Both the position numbers and the translations under genes were made by a program. The notes beneath the pieces are model-generated. The model saw only the letters and a list, made by a program, of their open reading frames with translations, did no database searches and had not been told where the DNA came from. A stretch of 64,000 nucleotides of DNA. It comes from the human T2T-CHM13v2.0 reference genome, Homo sapiens. Shown here piece after piece: positions 15,082 through 27,128 of this stretch (the stretch's first letter is position 1; each line of letters begins with the position of its first letter). Location: the NCBI RefSeq assembly GCF_009914755.1, contig NC_060928.1; one strand, 5' to 3'.

Positions 15082-15480
15082 TATAAATGCTTTATATTTT
15101 TATATAATAAAAATGGCTCTAATTTGGCTTTAGACTTCGGTGGCTATTATCAATTAATCAGTATCTATTTTGTACTTAATAGGTACAAAAGGAAACAGAA
15201 ATATCTAAAATCTGGGGTGACAGAAAAGAGATACATAGAACAGAAAACCACGTGATCAGGGCCAAGTGGCCCATTTCTACTAGATATCTGGAAGAGGGGA
15301 GACACATGAACTGGGTAAACATTTGAGGATGAAGAGTAAAGGGACTTCCCTTTTCTCAGCTCTAAATTTGAAATATTCCTCTCTCTTCCTATGTGGGTTT
15401 TTGTGTTCCTCAGAGGACAGACCTAAATTCTGAGGCGTGGACAAGAGAAGGTCAAATTGCTGCTCACAAACAACGAATCA

Positions 15481-15644
15481 GGCTGGGTGCCGTGGCTCGC
15501 TCCTGTAATCTCAGCTCTTTGGAAGGCCAAGGCGGGAGGATCCCTTGAGGTCAGGAGTTGGAGGCTACAGTGAGCTACAACGGTGTTCCTGCACCCTAGC
15601 CTGGATGACAGAGTAAGACCCTGTCTCTAAAATAAATAAAAATA
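15481..15644 (+). mobile_element. Alu monomer (FAM/FRAM-like)
   Basis: Single arm ending GACCCTGTCTCT plus A-rich tail. Confidence 0.85.
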
Positions 15645-16023
<379 letters not shown>

Positions 16024-17094
16024 TTACCTGTATTAAAAAAATTGTTTCCTTTGCCTGTTAAGGAGAGCCACTGAGAAGCAGTGTGAGGGGTTCCGTTGCT
16101 TCTGCACCTTCCTGACTGCGGTGGGCAGAGTGTCAGGAAACCCTGCAGGCCAGGCCACACCACCAGGAGAAACCAAAACAGAACAAGAAACCGCGTGCAG
16201 CAGAACACGGAAAAGTCCTTTGTTGTTTAAAGTTTTTATCTTGCTTGTGGCAAGTCTGACGATTCAGCAACCACCACAGCTGCATTGGGCTGAGAGTTTC
16301 CTTGTAGGTCTTTTCTCCAAAGCCGGAACAATAGCAGGGGGTTAGTCCTTCCCTCTGCCCAGCTCACGTTCCAGTTTCTGAAATGGGTTTGGGACAAGCA
16401 GAGCTTGGAGCAGCCGCCCTGAGGTTTTTATCAGACTAATTCAAGTGAGAGGAGGCAGAGTAAAACTAGCTGTTTAGGTTCATGGGTGATGCATTTCTGG
16501 GCATGAACTTCAGCTCTCTGTATCCTGATGTTGAAATAAGTTGAAAGAGTCAACAGGTTTCCCATTACTTGGTTAATGGGAATTAACCAAGTTCCCATAG
16601 TAATGGGGACCCTTAGTATGGTTAATGACAAAGGATCATGAAGATTGAGGTTTCCAGACCTTGCTAGGGATACAGTGAGGATCTCCCAGCCACCATACTT
16701 TCTCTCCTGTGAATCCCCCCAATCACTTGTCTCCCTACTGTGTGCTCTGAGCACAGGTGACGGGGACCCTAAACCAGGGAGCAGCAAAAGGAGGGAAAAG
16801 GAAAAGCAAGGCGACGTGGCACGCCTGTGGCAATACCTGCCAAGTGACGTGGGGGTGCTACATGTTCTCAGAACACAGCTGCGGCATGGCTGGCAGCTGG
16901 CCTGGGTGTGGCTCTTGAGGGGAGCTGCTGGGCTCGGTGCCGCTGGTGTCTGTTGCAACCTCACTTTCCTTATCTGGGAAATGAAGGCATTGGGGGTGGT
17001 GGGGGAGTCTGTCTGCTCTGTCCGTCAATCGTTATTACTGAGGCTCACACATTGTTGAAAAAGTCAAAGAATGTTTTAGGAAAACACATTTTGT

Positions 17095-17480
17095 AGGTAT
17101 TTGTTCATTCATTCATGGATTGATTTATCCTCTCACTGAAACTTTGTTTTTACACACTGACTCTGTGCTAGGTACTGAGGGTACCAAAACCAATAAGACT
17201 GGATTTCCTGTGCTCCTGGGCTCACAGTCTTGTGAGGAAGATAGATACATATGCAGATCATTCCAGAAAAACAATCTGCTTAATAACAGAAGTGTGTGTA
17301 CTGTGTTCAGCCCTGCCTGGTAGTGTTGAGAAGGCTGACACGAGGGCCAGGTCTTGCAGGAAGAGTAAGGATGCCCAGATGGTGAAAGCGTATTTCAGAG
17401 GAAAGTCTAGAGCTTGCAGAAAAGAACTTTATCTGAGAGCCATGGTGAGGCTGAAAAAGAGTTTAAGGAGGCAGCAAAAG
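17095..17480 (-). mobile_element. L2 3' region
   Basis: TTCATTCATTCA...GTGCTAGGTACTGAGGGTAC...GCTCACAGTCT. Confidence 0.6.
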
Positions 17481-18452
17481 GCAGAGAAGGAAACATGGAT
17501 TATCCTGTTCTATATTGGATTATCCTGTTCTATATCCAGGTGAGATTCCAGTTTATCAAGAGAGAAAAAGTCTCCCTTTTTCTTTACACTAAGAAACGCT
17601 TGAGTCTTTGCATTGGGATGGCCCAACACTGTTTATATACTACAGAGCAGGCCACTGATGCTTGTTTTTACCAGGCTACGCAGAGGAAGGTATTTCTTGT
17701 TGCTATTTCTTGCATAGACCTTTGATAAAGGCTGAAGACTTTATTAAGACTGTTGTGATTCTTACCCTTTATAGAGTCAAAGCCTCCTTCGAAAATGGGA
17801 GGAAAATAATAAGCACATAATTTGCATAAAATTTCAGAGGTTTCCAGAACCATGTTCGCAACCCCCAATGCCCACTCATGCATTACAGGTAAAGACCTTC
17901 CACCAGGCTTAGGCTGTGAACCAGGGGACTGGAATAACCCAGCCCAGATATAGAGCTTTATGGCGACCTGGCCTGATGTTGGCATTAAGTTTGGACATTG
18001 TTGAGGAAGAAATGTTACTAGGCTGACCTTTCGTGGGCTATGGCCAAGTTTGGGTGAGGGCAGAGTGTTGACAAGTGCCCTTTGCCCTGATTTCCTGTGG
18101 CTTGGTGGTCCTGGATCTGGGAAAAGCAGAAGCAGCTTTATAGCTTGGTTTGTTAGTTGCCTGCCAAAGGAGCAGTAACCTGCGATGAGGTTTGTTTGGC
18201 ACTTTTTTTTTTTTTGCCATTTATTCACTTGTTAGACTCGAGTGTATATGCTGGTTTGTGTACTTTCTTTCGACTGGGGTTGGTGTATCAACTAGAGCAG
18301 GAGGGGGTGCGGTGATGACAGAAGTGGACCAAGACCATTCTCAGATGGGGAAGAGTGGAGACAGATGTGTGGGAAATTGACAGGAGCCAGGGGTCAATTT
18401 CTTATTGCCAGAGCTTTGAAAGGAAGCGAAATCCTTTTTCAGAGGGCTTTGG

Positions 18453-18678
18453 CAGGGCTAGTACTAGGGGGAGGCAAGTGAGACCTTTGTCGTGGGTACG
18501 AAATGCGAGCGGGTACCCAAAACTCAGTAATCAAGAAAAATAATATTTTAATGCAGTTAAAAAAAATCAAAATGCAAAAAAAAATCATAATAAATAAAGC
18601 ATTAAAATTTTAAGTAAAGACAGGATGCACTCCTGTACTTGCGAGACTCTGCCTCACTTAATCCTAATCCCCATTCTG
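18453..18678. mobile_element. MER96-like non-autonomous hAT DNA transposon
   Basis: Imperfect TIRs CAGGGCTAGTACTAGGGGGAGGCAAGTGAG / GCCTCACTTAATCCTAATCCCCATTCTG; 8-bp TSD-like GGCTTTGG / GGCTTTCT. Confidence 0.7.
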
Positions 18679-18869
18679 GGCTTTCTTTGGAGCCAAGAAA
18701 TGCATCCCCTCAAAGTCCCAAACTTGTATTTGAACAACACTTGTGAATTGCAGTAAAACTGGTACCTGGGCATTGCTGAGTTAGTTCTTGTAGCTCTCCA
18801 GGAAATTTTCCAGGCAGTGGGAGCCCTGCTCAGGTCCAGCCTAACCACCTTTGCCCAAGAAATGTGTGT

Positions 18870-18902
18870 TGGCAGTGACCCAAATTTTCCACCAGGTGGC
18901 AC
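18870..18902 (+). promoter_or_regulatory. Candidate CTCF site (core plus upstream motif)
   Basis: CCACCAGGTGGCAC at 18889-18902 fits CCASYAGRKGGCRS; TGGCAGTGACC lies just upstream. Confidence 0.55.
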
Positions 18903-19234
18903 TCTTGCTCCAACCAGGTGCCCCTGAAAAGAGGATTCTTAGCTAAGAGTGATTTAAACTAATTGTTAAATTGTGCTTCTTTTTGGAAAGGCTGACAAAA
19001 ATCCTGAGCAGGAATTGGGGTAAACAATGATGGGATATAAAGAGTATTTGAGGAGTGTTCTGGAAAACTTGGAGCAAGGTAGGGCCTGATTAGTGGCCGG
19101 CCACAGGCTGTGCTGCTCTTCAGCAGGTGAGAAAAGGGAGAATTTTAAACCGCCTTTTGTTCTCAGATGCAATATAAACACATGTGACATGGGAGAGAAA
19201 TGTGGGATTAATGATTTTCTGTGAAGTATATCCT

Positions 19235-19470
19235 GGTAACAGCTCAGGCACTTGAGTCAGAAAGACCTGGAATGTTGGTTCCACCACTTCCTAGCTGTGA
19301 TCTTGGATGAATGACTGGGCTTTGACAAGCCTGAGATTCTGCATCTTTAAATGGGGATGATTGTAGCTGCTCCTCCAGACGGCCATTAGAGGATTAAATA
19401 AACGAATGCACATAAGGCTGTTTGCACGGTGCCTGGCACATAGTAAGTGTTCAACAAAGATGAGGTGTTA
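19235..19470 (+). mobile_element. MIR
   Basis: CCACCACTTCCTAGCTGTGATCTTGG...GAGGATTAAATAA...GTGCCTGGCACATAGTAAGTGTTCAA. Confidence 0.8.
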
Positions 19471-19894
19471 TTATGGACTTTTAGGCAAAGCCTGTCCAGC
19501 TAAATTCCTGGGCCTGGCCTCCCTTGGCTGTTGCATTAATTAAGGAGATGACCTCAGGGTGACCCAGAGAAATAACTTGATAATGAACCATGGCTCGAGG
19601 AGACTGGACCAGAAGAGTTTCCCACCTGGATAGAGTTTCACAGGTGTGATTTTTGAAACAGGAAATCAGGCTGGGTTCCCGGGCTCCTGAGCAGAACTGT
19701 CTCACCCTCTGTGACTTGTACACATCTGACCACCAGGTGACTGATCCCACTTAAACTATGCATTGTTGTGGAAAGTATCAATTTACAAGGATGTGTATTG
19801 GAACCTTTCCATGAGTCCAGTCTGTCTCCTTACTGTTCTGAACTCCTGAACTCACAAAGATGCCCCAAATTAACTATCCTTCAATAACAATGAG

Positions 19895-20102
19895 TTGATA
19901 ATAGTTCCTGTTTGTTGAGGCTTACTTTATGTCAGTCACTTTAATAAGCACTTTACAGACACAGGTTCCTTCATGTCTCAAAACCACCTGGAGAAGTAAG
20001 CAAACCCATTTTACAGACAAACTAAGATTTAAGGAAACTTAGTACCTTAGCAGCTCTCCTTCAGCCAGGAATTGGTATAAACTTAGATCTGTCTGACTTC
20101 TA
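19895..20102 (-). mobile_element. MIR
   Basis: TTGAGGCTTACTTTATGTCAG...CCCATTTTACAGA...TCTGTCTGACT. Confidence 0.65.
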
Positions 20103-21059
20103 AATCAATCGATCAATTTATCATTGGCCTATCATCTATCCATTTGACAGCTTAAGTACAAACCATTCCAATCTAATTAAAGCAATGTTCCATAGAGACC
20201 TCTAGGGTCTAAGAAAATCTTTTTTGGCCTCAATTGAGGCTTCTTTCTTGAAAATATAGGGAGATATTCATGGCTGCACCTTTGCAGATCCATACACACA
20301 TAGCTCATATATGTGACTCTCTAAGTAGCATGTTCTTACTTGTGGGCACTAGGACCAAGATTATGGTCCATTCTTGTGTCCACTGCACTTCCGGGATTCC
20401 CCAGGGAGAGCTCATTTGGGAGGATGGTCTGACAGTGTCATTCTCTGTTCTGCACTGAGCTCCCTTTGCTGGCCTAGGAAAAGCTAGCTGGCCAAAATGG
20501 TCTCAGTTTTCAATGGGATGCAGTTGGACAAGAGAGGATGCATCAGACAAGATCAGTTTGACCTTGGCTGCAAGAAGGAGCAGAAGGCAAATGCTATCTT
20601 CCCCAGTGAAAAACATCACTAGCCATCCAGGGAGGAAATCTGGTTTTCTCAACTGGAGAAGATAGCTACAGTTCAAAAGTTTAGAGTCTTCTTCGTGAAT
20701 ACAGTTCCTGGCATCAGTTGAGGGATCAGCGTAGATAAGTGGAAGTTCCCACTTATAGCATGTTTGATTTCTTTCCCCCAATGCAGTTTATTACCTCTAA
20801 GTTTATCCTGTAGCTCAACTCGGACTAATAAAGTTTTCTCTAGTACAGAAGGTCCATAGAGGATCTACTTTATTAGTTTAAGTGGGTTTTAATTAGTCAA
20901 TTAGAGAACAGTTTCTTCTCCAGGACTTAAAAACGATTTTGTCAAATTATTTCAATGAAAATATAGTTGGCTTTATTTAGTAACTAAAAAAAGTCACTTC
21001 TAGTTTATATTGTTACAAATTAAGGTCAATGAAGTTTATGGATTAAGAGGCAAGAAACA

Positions 21060-21378
21060 GGCCGGGTGCAGTCGCTCACGCCTGTAATCCCCGCACTTTG
21101 GGAGGCCGAGGTGGGCGGATCATCAAGTCAGGAATTCAAAACCAGCCTGACCAACATGGTGAAACTCCGTCTCTACTAAAATGCAAAAAAATTAGCCAGG
21201 CATGGTGGCACACGCTTGTAATCCCAGCTACTCAGGAGGCTGAGGCAGGAGAATGGCTTGAACCCAGGAGACGGAGCTTACAGTGAGCTGAGATTGCGCC
21301 ACTGTATTCCAGCCTGGGTGACAGAGCAAGACTCTGTCTCAAAAAAAAAAAAAAAAAAAAGAAAAAGAAAAAAGAAAA
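21060..21378 (+). mobile_element. AluS
   Basis: Full dimer with long A tail; flanking CAAGAAACA repeat. Confidence 0.95.
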
Positions 21379-21467
21379 GTCAAGAAACAATAATGTGTTT
21401 TTCCTTCATACGTAAATATTTTTATTAAAATTAAAATGACCCAAAATAATATAATAACATATAGAAT

Positions 21468-22814
21468 TGAGAGGTGACAACATGCTGGCAGCCCTTGCTC
21501 GCTCTAAGCACCTCCTCGGCCTTGGTGCCCACTCTGGCCGCCGTTGAGCCCTTCAGCCCGCCGCTACACTGTGGGAGCCCCTCTCTGGGCCGGCACAGGC
21601 CAGAGCCGGCTCCCTCTGCTTGTGGGGAGGTGTGGAGGGAGAGGCGCGGGCGGGAACCAGGGCTGCACGCCGTGTTCACGGGCCAGCATGAGTTCCCGGT
21701 GGGCATGGGCTCGGAGGGCCCCGCACTCAGCAGCCCGTCCCGGGCAGTGAGGGGCTTAGCACCAGGGCCAGCAGCTGTGGAGGGTGCGCCGGGTCCCCCA
21801 GCAGTGCAGACCAGCCCGTGCTGGTGCTCGAATTCTCGCTGGGCCTCAGCTGCCTTTCCGTGGGGCAGGGCTCGGGGACCTGCAGCCCGCCATGCCTGAG
21901 CCTCCCCCCATCCCCCGCCGTGGGGTCCTGCGCGGCCTGAGCCTCCCCAATGAGCTCCGCCCCCTGCTCTGCGGCGCTCGATCCCATCGACCTCCCAAGG
22001 GCTGAGGAGTGCAGGCTGGCGCTGCGGGACTGGCGGGCAGCTCCACCTGCCGCCTGGTTCGGGATGCACTAGGTGAAGCCAGCTGGGCTCCTGAGTATAG
22101 TGGGGACTTGGAGGACCTTTATGTCTAGCTAAAGGATTGTAAATACACCAGTCAGCACTCTGTGTCTAGCTCAAGGTTTGTAAATGCACCAGTCAGTGCT
22201 CTGTGTCTAGCTAATCTAGTGGGGACTTGGAGAACTTTTGTGTCTAGCTCAGGGATTGTAAACGCACCCAGCAGCACCCTGTCAAAACGGACTAGTCAGC
22301 TCTCTGTAAAACAGACCAATCGGCTCTCTGTAAAATGGACCAATCAGCAGGATGTGGGTGGGGCCAGATAAGGGAATAAAAGCAGGCGCCCTGGGCGCAG
22401 CAGCAACGCGTTGGGGTCCACTTCAGCAGTGTGGGAGGTTTGTTTTTTCAGTCTTTTCATAAATCTTGCTGCTGCTCACTCTTGGGTCTCCACTGCTTTT
22501 ATGAGATGTAGCACTCACTGCGAAAGTTGGCAGCTTCACTCCTGAGGCCTGTGAAACCACGAACCCACCAGGAGGAACGAACAACTCCAGGCCGCCTTAA
22601 GAGCTGTAACACTCACGGGGAAGGTCTGCAGCTTCACTCCTGAAGCCAGCGAGACCATGAATCCACCAGAAGGAAGAAACTCTGAACACGTTCGAACATC
22701 AGAAGGAACAAACTCCAGACGCACCACCTTTAAGAACTGTTAACATTCACCGCGAGGGTCCACGGCTTCATTCTTGAAGTTAGTGAGACCAAGAACCCAC
22801 CAATTCCGGACACA
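21468..22814 (+). mobile_element. Solo ERV9 LTR (LTR12C/E-type), 1347 bp
   Basis: Starts TGAGAGGTGACA, ends CCAATTCCGGACACA; 4-bp TSD GAAT on both sides; GC/CpG-rich U3; tandem CTCTGTGTCTAGCT and ACCAATC repeats; GGGAATAAAAGC box; U5 CTTCACTCCTGA repeats. Confidence 0.95.
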
Positions 22815-23384
22815 GAATCATTATGATTTCCTTGGAAAATGGATGTGTGGAAAGATATTTACCATGGGCTTTCTTTGGAGCCAATAAATACATCCCCTCA
22901 AAGTCCCAAACTTGTATTTGAACAACACTTGTGAATTTCAGTTAAATTAGTACCGGGAAATTGCTGAGTTAGTTCTTGTATCTAGAACTATCTTCAGTAG
23001 AATGACTGCACATCCAGATGTAGACAGGCTGGGAGGAAGGGGCCAAATCTTACTCATTTCATTATTCTCGGTCTCCAGCATAGGACTGACATGGGTCTTT
23101 GATCAACAGATGTTTACTGGTTAGAATTAAAATCCAGCATGCGGATTCTCATTTATTTGATTCCTTGAGATGAAAAGGGCCAGTCTTCTGACCTTTTAAT
23201 CCACTGTCAGCACTGGCGCCCCGATCAGAAATTATAGCACAGGAGCCTAAGCTCAGAGCGACTACAAAGGGGTCAGGGCAGAGGGAATTGAAGACACAGA
23301 TTCTATCCCCGTCTGGACTTTTCATATGGACGAGGGAAGAGGTTCATAGCCTCAGCTGAGCTGCAGGTCAGACAATTGGGGTGG

Positions 23385-23575
23385 ATGCTCTTTTATTGAG
23401 CACCTGCTATATAGATCAGGATATTTGCATTCACTCTCCCATTTAATCCTCGCAAGAGGTTGTGAAAACACCGACATCGCTTCTATTATCCCCATTTAGA
23501 GATGAGGAAACCAAGTCTTAGCCAAATAACCTGCATAACGGAAGAAGCTGGGATTCAAATCCGGGACTTCAGAAT
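23385..23575 (-). mobile_element. MIR
   Basis: TTTATTGAGCACCTGCTAT...CCCATTTAGAGATGAGGAAAC...GCTGGGATTCAAATCC. Confidence 0.75.
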
Positions 23576-24034
23576 GGAAGAATGATGTCAAATTTCCTCT
23601 CAACAGCAGAGATTCATGCAGCCAGTAGGGGAGCTAGGGCTCACCTTAAAATGGCACTAGGTGTTTGCAACTTTTTGAACAAAGGCATTTTTAGGGAACT
23701 AGTGGACAAGCGGTTGATTTGGCAGGAAGCCCGCCAGACAGCTAGAAAATGCAACTGGCCTGGGACCGATCAATCAATTTCAGGTTGCAGTATGTTTTTT
23801 CCCCTCCAAATCCATCCACTGAAAAGTCCTTGGAGTAGGAGCGGACTTGAAAAGAACTGCCAGGATGGAAAATACTAATTTTTTTTTTTTTGGCATTTAT
23901 TTTAAAAGGGACTTACCTAAAGCTCTCTAGATCCACTAAAGTATTACACAAGAAGATGGGTGAGTCTCAGGCTCTTCAATCAGAAAATTATTTCCATAGG
24001 TCAAAAGAGCCAAAGAATTTCTCAACTCTATTTA

Positions 24035-24388
<354 letters not shown>

Positions 24389-25232
24389 TTATTTCTAGGT
24401 TCAAACCCCATTTCCTTTTACCGACCTTAACTAAATTTCTATTTGTCATCTTTTTAACTGGTTTGTGTGACCCTTTTTAACTGGCTTGTGTGCCATGAAT
24501 GTCTGATTAAGATGTTTGTTTCTGCCTCTTATACAGTAATCAGGCAAGGAAGCACAATCTCTGGGTCCAAGAGGGGGTTAGGGAGGAGGATTCAGTTAAA
24601 CAATCATGAAAACAGGGCCCTGTGGTAAGATGGGAGGGGCAGAGTCCTCCCCCTCAAGGGACTTAGTGTCCAGTGGGAAACACACAGGCCACTTTTGTCC
24701 GGTACCCATGGGGCATCTCCGGGTTCCTCCAGCAGGGAGCCTGATTAGGATCCATGAGAAGCTTCTCTTTGCACCCAGAATCTCTCCTGTTCAATCCAGC
24801 TCCCTGTGGGCTCTTAATTGTAAGGCTTTACTATTCGCCAGGGAGACCTCAGGTTTTTCATTGATTAAAGAGAAAGACTCCTTTGACACTACAAAGAGGA
24901 ACATTTAAATTGCCAGGTGATTTAATGCAATTATCTCTCCTTGGCCTGACAGGTTGAAATGAGCAAAGGAGTGAAAGGATTCAAGGAACTTAACATAAAT
25001 CGAACCAGTTATTTTCTCACTAGCAATCAGCAGATTGAGGATGTTCACTGGGGAGACGGATGATGCTTCCTGCAGCAGTGTTAAGTGCATTAAAAAAGAG
25101 CAACTCAGGAAAATAATTTCCAATGCTTTCCAATTCTTTTGCCACCTGGAAACTTTCTGTTCATTTATTTTTAAAACTCATTTTTAATCTTTGTGTATTG
25201 AACTTCCATTGGGCGCCTTTGAGGGGCCTCAC

Positions 25233-26018
25233 TGCATTAGTTTGCTAGCGCTGATGAAACGAAGTACAGCAAACTGGGTGACTTAACAACAGAAATGTAC
25301 TGTCTCCATTCTGGAGGCCAGGAGGTCAGAGACCAAGGTAGCAGAGGGGTTGGTTCCTTCTGAGAGTGGTGAAGGAAGGACCTGTTCGGGGCCTTTTTCC
25401 TAGCTTCTGATGATTTGCTGCCATCTTTGGCAGTCCTTGGCTTGTAGACACATCACCCTGATCTCTGCCTTCATGTTCACCTGGCATTCTCCCTGTGTGC
25501 ATGTCTGCATGTGCATATTTCTTCCTTTTTATAAGAACACCACCATTCGTATTGGATTACAAGCCACCCTACTCCAGTATGATCCCATCTTGAAACGAAT
25601 TACAGACAGTCCCCCACCTAATGACGGTTCCACTTACAATATTTCTGCTTTATGATTGTATGGAAGTGACATGCATTCGGTTCAGTATTCAATAAATCAT
25701 GTGAGATATTCAACACATTATTATAAAATAGGTTTTGTGTTAGGTGATTTTGCTCCAGTGTAGACTAATGTAAGTGTTCTGAGAATGTTTAAGGTAGACT
25801 AAACTATGGCATCCAGTAGATTAGGTATATTAAATGCATTTTTGACTTAACAGCATTTTCAACCTATGATGGGATTATCAGGTCATAACCTCATTGTAAG
25901 TTGAGGAGCATCTGTACATCTGCAATGACCCTATTTCCAAATAAGGTCACCGTCTGAGCTACTGGGGGTTAGGACTTCAACATATGAATGTTAGGGGGAT
26001 ACAGTCCCACCTGTAACA
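25233..26018 (-). mobile_element. MLT1C/B-type MaLR LTR split by MER47A
   Basis: TG...CA ends; 5-bp TSD-like CTCAC/CTCCC; AATTA|CATCTGCAATGACCCTATTTCCAAATAAGGTCAC rejoins across the insert. Confidence 0.85.
25603..25914 (-). mobile_element. MER47A (Tigger-family MITE)
   Basis: TA TSDs at 25601-2 and 25915-6; termini CAGACAGTCCCC / GAGGAGCATCTG. Confidence 0.8.
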
Positions 26019-26761
26019 CTCCCTGTAGCCCTTCTCTGTCGCTGGCTGAAACCAGCCGGTTGACATGTGGACATCCACCTTCTCGCTTCTGGCATAGGGA
26101 CTCACAACCCTGGGTACAAAATGGAAATCACCTGGAAGATTTTGAAAGAAATACCCAAGATGCCCAATGGGATTTTCCCTAGCATGTGCAGGGTCCTCGG
26201 TACACATTGTTTGCTGGGGCACTTATCTATAAAAATAAGCTGACTAGAAAATGCATGACAAAATTTATGGGCCCATATGAGGTACAGTGATGCATTGAAG
26301 AAAAATTAGAATGGGTAGAAGAGAGTTACTTATGATTTATGTATTGTCCAGTTAGTGCACATAGAGATTCTTCGCGGGGTTTAGACAGAATCTCTTCCTG
26401 TTCTTTATCATCAAATGTACCATTCCTGATTAATTTCATATCTCCTACTGTAAGAGAAAGATAGCAACACTGTTATTACAATGCCAGGGCTCTTCAGAAC
26501 AGTTTGTATTGAAAGAATAGATTTTGTTTCTGCTTTGCCTCAATACTGTTAATTTGAGGGTTGTTTCATTGTTAAGGGTCAACTGTTTCATCTGGTGTGT
26601 TCGATGTGATTATCAGCTCTCAATGGTCTGTTAAAGGTGCTTTCCCCTTGGTGAACAGAAAATGCAAGTCTTTCCCAGTATGCAAGAAAGTGTGAAGGAT
26701 AATTATTTTTTGGTGATGTGAAACTTACTCTTTAAAGTTTTCTAGCACAAACATAGGATAC

Positions 26762-27128
26762 TGTTATGGTTTGGCTGTGTCCCCACCCAAATCTCATCTT
26801 GAATTGTAGCTCCCGTAATTCCCATGTGTTGTGGGAGGGACCCTGTGGGAGATAATTGAATCATGGGGGCGGGTCTTTCCCATGCTATTCTCATGATAGT
26901 GAATAAGTTTCATGAGATCTGATGGTTTTATAAAGGGGAGTTTTCCTGCACAAGCTCTCTTTGCCTGCCGCCATCCATATAAGACTTGACTTGCTCCTCC
27001 TTGCCTTCCACCATGATTGTGAGGCCTCTCCAACCACGTGGAACTGCGAGTCCATTAAATCTCTTTCCTTTATAAACTACCCAGTCTCGGGTATGTCTTT
27101 ATTAGCAGCATGAGAACAGACTAATATA
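26762..27128 (+). mobile_element. THE1B/C solo MaLR LTR
   Basis: TGTTATGGTTTGGCTGTGTCCCCACCCAAATCTC...AGACTAATATA; perfect 5-bp TSD GATAC. Confidence 0.93.

Noticed and set aside
16431-18228. 177-aa, 137-aa and 186-aa ORFs
   Set aside because: No recognisable domain, no exon structure and no coding-like composition; consistent with chance.
21431-22069. 212-aa ORF and overlapping ORFs; apparent CpG island
   Set aside because: Essentially confined to the GC-rich LTR12 U3; stop-poor by composition and not a gene promoter island.
22110-22350. Repeat/spacer-like array (CTCTGTGTCTAGCT, ACCAATC units)
   Set aside because: Normal LTR12 U3 tandem enhancer repeats, not CRISPR.
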